Assembly (NCBI GenBank): GCA_040754075.1 | Contig: JBFMDH010000006.1 | Coordinates: 102,285-166,284, forward strand | Reading direction: 5' to 3' | Source of the DNA: Acidobacteriota bacterium | Lineage (GTDB): Bacteria > Acidobacteriota > Blastocatellia > UBA7656 | Length of the DNA stretch: 64,000 bases | Part shown: positions 57,666 through 64,000 of the stretch, piece by piece | Layout: the number at the start of each line of letters is the position of its first letter | Numbering within the stretch: position 1 is the stretch's first letter | Made by a program: the position numbers and the translations under genes | Notes under the pieces: model-generated | Databases searched by the model: none | Seen by the model: only the letters and a program-made list of their open reading frames with translations | Told to the model about the DNA's origin: nothing

Positions 57666-60122
57666 TTACATCACGCGAAATGAAGTCAAATCAACTTCAG
57701 CAGGGTTATCAGGAGTTGAATCTGCCGGTTGTCCGGCATTTTTGCGTTTGAATTTATTGCTATACATTCCTCTATCGGCGGAAAGCAGTAATTCATCGAG
57801 CGTATAGCCATCCAAACCATAGCAAGCATACCCAATGCTTATGCCAATGTGTTTGCCGGCTTGATGACAACTGAAAACGTGTGCATCAATGGTGTGTTGA
57901 ATACGCCCGACCACCATCGGGGCTTCTTCGGATGTTGCCTGAACGATAGCCACAAACTCATCGCCGGCATATCTGCACAAAAAGTCAAATGAGCGAATCT
58001 GTTTTGAAAGCGTGGTGGCAATCTCTTTCAACACCGTATCACCTGCCTGATGCCCCAAGCTATCGTTGACCGTTTTGAAGCCATCCAAATCCATCATCAA
58101 CACGGCAAATTTATTACCGTAACGTTGGGAACGCGAAACCTCTTCTTCAAACCGTTGTCTGAGGGCGCGGGCATTCGGCAGCCCCGTCAGCGGATCGGAC
58201 AATGCACTGGCTTCGGTTTGTTTATGATGTAAAACATTGGCAATCGCATCCGATGCCAGTTTGGCAACGGCTTCGACCAATCGCAAGTGGTCGGCTTCGT
58301 AGGCGGCTTTATCCTGCGAATACAAAGTCAATGCGCCAAATATCTCCTTCCCTTTAATCAAGGGCACCGCCATCACGGTTTGATAATTATCGAGTTTATC
58401 TAATTTCAAGGCATTGAAATCCAATCGTGGGTCAGCGTTATACATCGGTTTGGCGTTGTCGACCACCCACCCGGAAATGCCTACCCCCAGCCCCATTTTC
58501 GCGCCTCTTAAATATTCCGAATTGCGCCCGATGACGTGTGCGACTTCGAGCATCCCCGCGTCTGCCGAGCGCAGGTAGAGGACACAGGTCGTATAACTGA
58601 CAATATCCTGTAAACGCGAAGAGAAGACCGTAAAGGTATCGCGCAAATCGAGACTCGTGCCGATGGTTTGCGCGATGTTGTAGAGGGTGATGACTTCACG
58701 ATGCGCATTGCGTATGGTTTCAAACGGCGCGTATTTCACCGGCATTGCGTCCGCTGAATCCACCGATGAACGCATCTCCGTTTGTCTATCTTTGCGTTCG
58801 ACATTCTGATATTTTACTTCCGCTTCAAATCTCGACAGGTTGTCCACAAACGCTTTAACGACTTTCGGATCGTACATTCGCCCGGTATTGTCTTCTAAAA
58901 GTTTGACGGCTTCGGCGGGTGTCATGGCTTTGCGATATTGCCGCTCTTCGAGAGCCGAATCATAACAATCAACCACTGAGAGAATGCGTGCCGTAATGGG
59001 AATTTGTTCGCCGCGCAAGCCGTCAGGGTATCCTTGACCATCCCAACGTTCGTGATGATGGCGGACAATCGGCACCACCGGGTAAGGAAAGCTGACACGC
59101 TCTAAAATTTCCGCGCCGACAATCGTATGGACTTTCATCTTGTCATATTCGGCGGGCGTCAATTTGCCAGGCTTATTGAGAATGTAATCGGGAACCGCCA
59201 GTTTGCCGATGTCGTGCAGGAGTGCGCCGGCTTTTAAGGATTCGGTTTCGCTTTCCGAAAGTCCAAAAATTTTTGCCAGACCCGTCGCATAAATCTGTAC
59301 TCGACGCACATGGTCGTGAGTGACTTCATCTTTGGCATCGATGGCAATCGCCAACGCTTCAATGGTTCTGAGATGCAAATCCGCCATCTCTTCCGAATGG
59401 CTAATCGAAGCCCGGACTTTGTCGAGATAGTTTTTATAAGTCAAATAGGTGATTGCCAGAATCGGCACCGCGATGATGAAGGCAAAAAACGAAACCCAGG
59501 AAATTAATTCCACCACCAGGCAGGCGGCGATGGCTCCGGCAAAATAGGAAACCGAAGTCCAGAGGAAAGATTCGCGCCAGAATTTGATGACATCGCGCCC
59601 GCGCCTCAACGCTTGAACAATGTTTACCAGTCCGGCATTGATCAGGTAATGAACCAATGCCAGCGTCTGCGCTGCTAAAATCAATTGACTGAAATTTCCC
59701 GGCAAACCTTTCAGGTCGTCGAAAAGATACCTGACAAATGAACTCGATAAAAATACAGACAAACTCATGACCGCCGTATTAAAGCGCATGACTTTGAGCC
59801 GGTTCGGATAATTCAATGAACAGACCGCCGCATTCAATCCGGCAAGGACTACCGCAGGCGCTACACCGTACAGCAATGCCGCAACATAAATAAAAGTATC
59901 ATCGAGTGTAACGGTGTTTGATAATTTCGGAATGTGTATATCGGTGCGGGAAACCACCACAACCGTCACCAAACTGAGCAGCACCCATTCAATGGTGAAT
60001 TCCTGTGTGGCAACTTTGAATGCGGAATAGGCAAAAATGACAAGCCCGAATAACGAAACCACGTTGATGAAGAACATGGAAGAGGCGTTTTCATTTTTTC
60101 TGGAGCTAGCTTGCATTTTCAC
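57666..60122 (-). CDS. Multidomain c-di-GMP signalling protein: N-terminal polytopic membrane sensor, HD-GYP phosphodiesterase, GAF domain, and a GGDEF domain with an AGDEF variant motif
   Basis: HDIGKL...HHERWDGQGYP (HD-GYP), a GAF-like middle region, and RYAGDEF in the GGDEF domain. Confidence 0.8.
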   Translation of the reverse strand: MKMQASSRKNENASSMFFINVVSLFGLVIFAYSAFKVATQEFTIEWVLLSLVTVVVVSRTDIHIPKLSNTVTLDDTFIYVAALLYGVAPAVVLAGLNAAVCSLNYPNRLKVMRFNTAVMSLSVFLSSSFVRYLFDDLKGLPGNFSQLILAAQTLALVHYLINAGLVNIVQALRRGRDVIKFWRESFLWTSVSYFAGAIAACLVVELISWVSFFAFIIAVPILAITYLTYKNYLDKVRASISHSEEMADLHLRTIEALAIAIDAKDEVTHDHVRRVQIYATGLAKIFGLSESETESLKAGALLHDIGKLAVPDYILNKPGKLTPAEYDKMKVHTIVGAEILERVSFPYPVVPIVRHHHERWDGQGYPDGLRGEQIPITARILSVVDCYDSALEERQYRKAMTPAEAVKLLEDNTGRMYDPKVVKAFVDNLSRFEAEVKYQNVERKDRQTEMRSSVDSADAMPVKYAPFETIRNAHREVITLYNIAQTIGTSLDLRDTFTVFSSRLQDIVSYTTCVLYLRSADAGMLEVAHVIGRNSEYLRGAKMGLGVGISGWVVDNAKPMYNADPRLDFNALKLDKLDNYQTVMAVPLIKGKEIFGALTLYSQDKAAYEADHLRLVEAVAKLASDAIANVLHHKQTEASALSDPLTGLPNARALRQRFEEEVSRSQRYGNKFAVLMMDLDGFKTVNDSLGHQAGDTVLKEIATTLSKQIRSFDFLCRYAGDEFVAIVQATSEEAPMVVGRIQHTIDAHVFSCHQAGKHIGISIGYACYGLDGYTLDELLLSADRGMYSNKFKRKNAGQPADSTPDNPAEVDLTSFRVM

Positions 60123-60780
60123 CGCTACGAACTTATTTGACCTAAGCTATGTTTGCTGCGTTTTGTGAGCAGGGGCTTGAGCCATCAATTGCTTAAATTT
60201 CTCATTCGCATTACCAAAAAGGGGGAGCATTTTTTGTAGGTATCAACAGGCACGCATCTCCACCTGCTGTTAAATAGCTTTTGCGATATTTGCGACTCCT
60301 TTTTCGCTACAAGAAGATGGCAAAAATCTCAATCAATAATCGTGCCACAAACACAACTTCCCCTTACTATCATCAAGATTTTTCCTGTCGCATTTGCGGG
60401 TTCGCCTGAAGCGCTGAATGAATACGGAAATTATTGAATTAAATCACTTTTGAGGGCATTTTCTGCGCTGAATAATTCTATTAAGAAAATTTCTGCTTAT
60501 CCCGTCTATAAAAATTATCATTGTAAATATCAGTCATCTTGATTGAATCGCATCTCCTCAATCAGTCAAAATGCCTGAACAGGTTTATTTTTTATAACCG
60601 TACCGATTACAAGATAAATAACCAGCACCAATCTCAATCGTTGGTCAATTTTCTAATAGGGTGTTTATAAATTTTAAACTCTTGGCTACGGTTGTATTCA
60701 AGCAGGTTGAAATTGGTTCAATCTGAACTTTTGGAAAAACCTGTCATCACCAATACAATTTGTTATCTTGCGAAACCATT

Positions 60781-61554
60781 TTATGGCACATTCATTCCCA
60801 TAACGTGATATCCGCTATCAACATGTAGCAATTCGCCAGTTACGCCGCGTGATAAATCCGAGAGTAAAAATAACCCGGCATCGGCAACCTCTTCCTGTGT
60901 AACATTGCGCCGCAACGGCGCATTATTTCGCATATGTTCAAGAATTTTTGAAAAGCCGGTAATCCCTGCTGCCGCGAGTGTCTTAATCGGGCCAGCCGAA
61001 AGCGCATTGACGCGAATCCCTTTTGGTCCCAAATCGGCTGCCAGATAACGCACACTCATATCGAGCGCCGCTTTTGCGACCCCCATCACATTGTAATGCG
61101 GGATGACTCGTTCGCCACCAAGATAGGTGAGCGTCAAAATGCTGCCGCCGTTTTCCATCAACGGCGTCGCATGTTTGGCAATCGCCGTGAGCGAATAAAC
61201 ACTGATGTCCTGAGCGATGCGAAACCCTTCACGTGAAGTTTCAACATATTCGCCTTCGAGTTCTTCTTTTAGCGCAAAAGCAACGCCGTGTACCACAAAA
61301 TCCAGGGTGCCAAATTCTTCTTTCACTTTACTGAAAACACCTGCGACATCTTCGTCTTTGGTCACATCGCATTCAAACAACGAGGGGTTATCTATGGTTG
61401 CCGCCAATTCTTCGGCATTCTCTTTTAACCGTTCACCCTGGTAGGTTAAAGCGATTCTCGCGCCGTGCTCTGCGGCTTTCTTGGCAATCGCCCAGGCAAT
61501 GCTGCGTTTATTAGCAACACCAAAAATGATTCCCTTCTTTCCATTCAAAAGCAT
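60781..61554 (-). CDS. fabI: Enoyl-[acyl-carrier-protein] reductase (NADH) FabI
   Basis: SDR fold with the FabI Tyr-x6-Lys region, 257 aa. Confidence 0.9.
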   Translation of the reverse strand: MLLNGKKGIIFGVANKRSIAWAIAKKAAEHGARIALTYQGERLKENAEELAATIDNPSLFECDVTKDEDVAGVFSKVKEEFGTLDFVVHGVAFALKEELEGEYVETSREGFRIAQDISVYSLTAIAKHATPLMENGGSILTLTYLGGERVIPHYNVMGVAKAALDMSVRYLAADLGPKGIRVNALSAGPIKTLAAAGITGFSKILEHMRNNAPLRRNVTQEEVADAGLFLLSDLSRGVTGELLHVDSGYHVMGMNVP

Positions 61555-61561
61555 AGTCTCT

Positions 61562-61725
61562 CCGTTTTTAGTTTCTAGTTTATGGTTTTTAGTTTCTGGT
61601 TGCTAATCTCTGCCGGGTAGTCCTTCAACTTGTTGCGAAAAAATTTCGGCTAAATCTGATACCCGCAACTTGCCGGGCAGCAATTCATTTTCTGAACCAG
61701 AAATCAAAAACCAGAAACGAAAAGG
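61562..61725. repeat. Tandem-heptamer hairpin with unit GTTTCTG/GTTTTTA and a structured interior
   Basis: Left arm (GTTTTTA)(GTTTCTA)(GTTTATG)(GTTTTTA)(GTTTCTG). The reverse complement of the right arm is CGTTTCTG GTTTTTGA TTTCTG GTTCAGA. Confidence 0.7.
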
Positions 61726-63693
61726 TCATTGTCTTTTTTCAGGTGTGAGTTTAACTTTCAACTCCTGCCCGTCACGTTTAATGACGACTTCGATCTCTTC
61801 ACCCGCTTTCAATTCACCCAATACCGCTGTGTAATCATAGACGTTTTTAATATTCATTTGCGCGATTTTGATAACCACATCGCCCGCTTTGAGTCCGGCT
61901 TTTTCGGCAGGCGAACCCGGTCTGACGCCGTCGAGTTTCAACCCGTCGTTTTGTTCTGCATAACTTGGTACGGTGCCGATGTACACACGAAAGCCGCCGC
62001 GTCTGCCTTGATTCGGTTGTTCGCTTTTAACCCGAACAAAAGCGATGCGCTGAGGTTCATTGGCAACTGTCGTAGCAATTTCGCGAACGAATTCGGCAAT
62101 CTGTCTGGTGCCTTCGGCATTAATTTTTTCTGCGGTATCTGTCGATTTGTGATAATCATCGTGCGAGCCGGTGAAGAAAAACAGCACCGGCACATCCTTC
62201 ACATAAAATGATTGGTGATCACTGGGACCGAAACCGTCCTGCCCCGTGCCAAGCTGAAACCGGCTACCAGAGCCATTTCCAGGGTTTGGACCGCTCGCTG
62301 AGGTTACGGTTTCACCGTTCAATTTATCGAGCAATGGTTTCCAGGTTGGCGATGTGCCGACGCCACCGACAAACAGTGAACGGTCGCGAAGCCGTCCAAC
62401 CATATCCATATTGAGCATGGCGACGGTTGACGCAAGCGGCACCAGCGGGTTGCGCGTGTAAGCTGCTGAACCGAGCAAGCCAAGTTCTTCGGCAGAAAAC
62501 GATAGGAAAACCACGCTACGTTTAAGGTTGGCTTTGTCGCTCATCATCACCCGCGCGAGTTCAAGTAATGCCGAAGTTCCCGACGCATTATCATCCGCGC
62601 CGTGATGAATCTTGCCGTAAGGGTTGCCTTCAAGCGATTCGCCACCGCCCAATCCGAGATGGTCATAATGCGCGCCGATGACGACGTATTCGGATTTGAG
62701 TTGCGGGTCGCTGCCTTCAATCAAGCCTGCAACGTTTGCCGTCTTGCCATTGAGCTTTACAACATCGGTTTGAAACCCAACTGTGGTGGTCTTTATAACC
62801 GAGTTGGCTTGCTTGGCTTCGACAGTCTTTTCTCCATTAGCGCGTTTGGTCGCGTCTTGAATCGAAAAGCCCAACAACGACTCAGCAGCTTGTTTGCTCA
62901 CCACGACAACCGGAATGCCGGCATCGAGGAAATTCAAATCGTGGCGCATGGTCGAGAGTTTATCGTCGCTGAACTTGTCGGTTTCGCTGATAAAGATGAC
63001 GCCTGCCGCGCCTTTTTCGCGGGCTTTAATGGTCTTCTTTTGTACTTCGAGACCGGGCGCGGTGAATTCAGCGAATTTGCCGTGCGGGTTGTTGCCATCG
63101 GGACTGCCGCGCAAAATGGCGACAACTTTGCCTTTCACATCAACACCCGCGTAATCATCGTGCTGTAGTTCCGGCGCGCTGATGCCATAGCCGACAAACA
63201 CTAATTGACCATTGACCGGAGTCGAAGATGAAAACGCCAGCGGCATAAAATCGGTGCCAACTTTTAATTTCGTACTAACGATTCCCGGCGTCTCATTGGT
63301 GAAAGTTGATGCTACGACCATTTTAATAGCATGGAATTCAAAACTGTTCTTGGCTCCCAGTTTCACGCCTGAAATAAACGAAAAATCCTGTAGATAATTT
63401 TTTCCGTCAACCGGTTTCAATCCGGCTTTTTTAAATTCATTGGCGATGTATTTAGCGGCTTCGTCGGCTGGCGGCGTTCCGGCGCGACGACCTTGCAATT
63501 TATCCGATGCCAGATAATTGACGTGACGAGTGATGGCATCGGCTGATACTTTGCCACTTGCGACTTTCTGCGCAGTTGCCTGTTGCGCGTAAGCCCGCTG
63601 CCAGGCGGGAGTTGCCAACATCAATGCAACAACAAATGAAAATACAAAAGTTTTTTGTACAAATTTATTCACGGCACGATACGGAATTTTCAT
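61726..63693 (-). CDS. M28-family zinc peptidase with a PA domain and a C-terminal PDZ domain, secreted
   Basis: Signal peptide, HYDHLG...DDNASG zinc-binding motifs, C-terminal PDZ. Confidence 0.75.
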   Translation of the reverse strand: MKIPYRAVNKFVQKTFVFSFVVALMLATPAWQRAYAQQATAQKVASGKVSADAITRHVNYLASDKLQGRRAGTPPADEAAKYIANEFKKAGLKPVDGKNYLQDFSFISGVKLGAKNSFEFHAIKMVVASTFTNETPGIVSTKLKVGTDFMPLAFSSSTPVNGQLVFVGYGISAPELQHDDYAGVDVKGKVVAILRGSPDGNNPHGKFAEFTAPGLEVQKKTIKAREKGAAGVIFISETDKFSDDKLSTMRHDLNFLDAGIPVVVVSKQAAESLLGFSIQDATKRANGEKTVEAKQANSVIKTTTVGFQTDVVKLNGKTANVAGLIEGSDPQLKSEYVVIGAHYDHLGLGGGESLEGNPYGKIHHGADDNASGTSALLELARVMMSDKANLKRSVVFLSFSAEELGLLGSAAYTRNPLVPLASTVAMLNMDMVGRLRDRSLFVGGVGTSPTWKPLLDKLNGETVTSASGPNPGNGSGSRFQLGTGQDGFGPSDHQSFYVKDVPVLFFFTGSHDDYHKSTDTAEKINAEGTRQIAEFVREIATTVANEPQRIAFVRVKSEQPNQGRRGGFRVYIGTVPSYAEQNDGLKLDGVRPGSPAEKAGLKAGDVVIKIAQMNIKNVYDYTAVLGELKAGEEIEVVIKRDGQELKVKLTPEKRQ

Positions 63694-64000
63694 AATTGCC
63701 TCTTGTAAATACGCGGCACGCGTGCGCTGATGCCGCAGGTAATTTCATACGATATAGTGCCTGCCAGTTGAGCGATCTCTTCTGCAGTAATTTCTGCATC
63801 GCCTTGCCGACCCATTATAACAACCTCATCGTCAAGCGTCGCCTCAGTAATGTCGGTCACATCGACTAAAGTCAAATCCATACTGATGCGTCCGACAATC
63901 GGCGCAAACTGCCCGCGCACCAGCACACGCCCGCGATTTGACAGCACGCGCGGCAATCCGTCTTCATAACCGATGGCAATCGTCGCAATCCGGCTTTCGC
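63690..64000 (-). CDS. alr: Alanine racemase, C-terminal portion; the gene continues beyond the window edge
   Basis: ..[13 protein letters not shown].. is the conserved Alr C-terminal domain. Its stop overlaps the M28 gene start. Confidence 0.7.
   Translation of the reverse strand, partial: ESRIATIAIGYEDGLPRVLSNRGRVLVRGQFAPIVGRISMDLTLVDVTDITEATLDDEVVIMGRQGDAEITAEEIAQLAGTISYEITCGISARVPRIYKRQL

Noticed and set aside
62602-63168. 188-aa plus-strand ORF
   Set aside because: Antisense to the M28 peptidase gene. It is a shadow ORF.

Overview
The window looks like an Acidobacteria-type chromosome segment of about 52% GC, mostly housekeeping genes. It encodes htrA, glyQS, a lipoprotein cytochrome c, cca, an SMP-30 lactonase, a partial complex I operon nuoCDHIJKLMN with no nuoA/B/E/F/G, and a family-5 peptide ABC binding protein with two permeases followed directly by ptsH-ptsI. 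Further on are an S8 subtilase, rimO, pgpA, a nadD-like gene, cinA, a LysR regulator, mdh, an ECF sigma factor, exbD, a ribD C-domain reductase, an HD-GYP/GAF/GGDEF signalling protein, fabI, an M28/PDZ peptidase and the 3' end of alr. The accessory content is a hicB-hicA pair next to a XisI-like gene, a vapBC-like pair and an orphan PqqD-like RRE gene with a LuxR regulator. The most striking feature is a dense population of intergenic structured repeats that no gene model explains. There are at least 11 long hairpins (plus a partial arm at the window start) whose arms are tandem arrays of 7-8 nt units (CGGTAGT, AGTAATG, CTGGAGT, GTTTCTG, CAGTAGG, AGCCCGT, CACAGAG, CAGGATT). They sit at almost every cistron boundary of the nuo and opp/pts operons. 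A second family of 8 REP-like elements has a GAGGAAGCGGTCTTTGACCGCG core. Other notable points are a 60-bp perfect direct duplication of the pgpA 5' end that creates a chimeric pgpA'-unknown gene just after the vapBC pair, twin stem-loops with an identical 18-nt loop beside two unannotated small ORFs downstream of the PqqD-like gene, an (AATCCGC)x4 tract inside cca, and a 110-bp nested palindrome between two convergent genes. No rRNA, tRNA, CRISPR array, transposase or integrase was seen.
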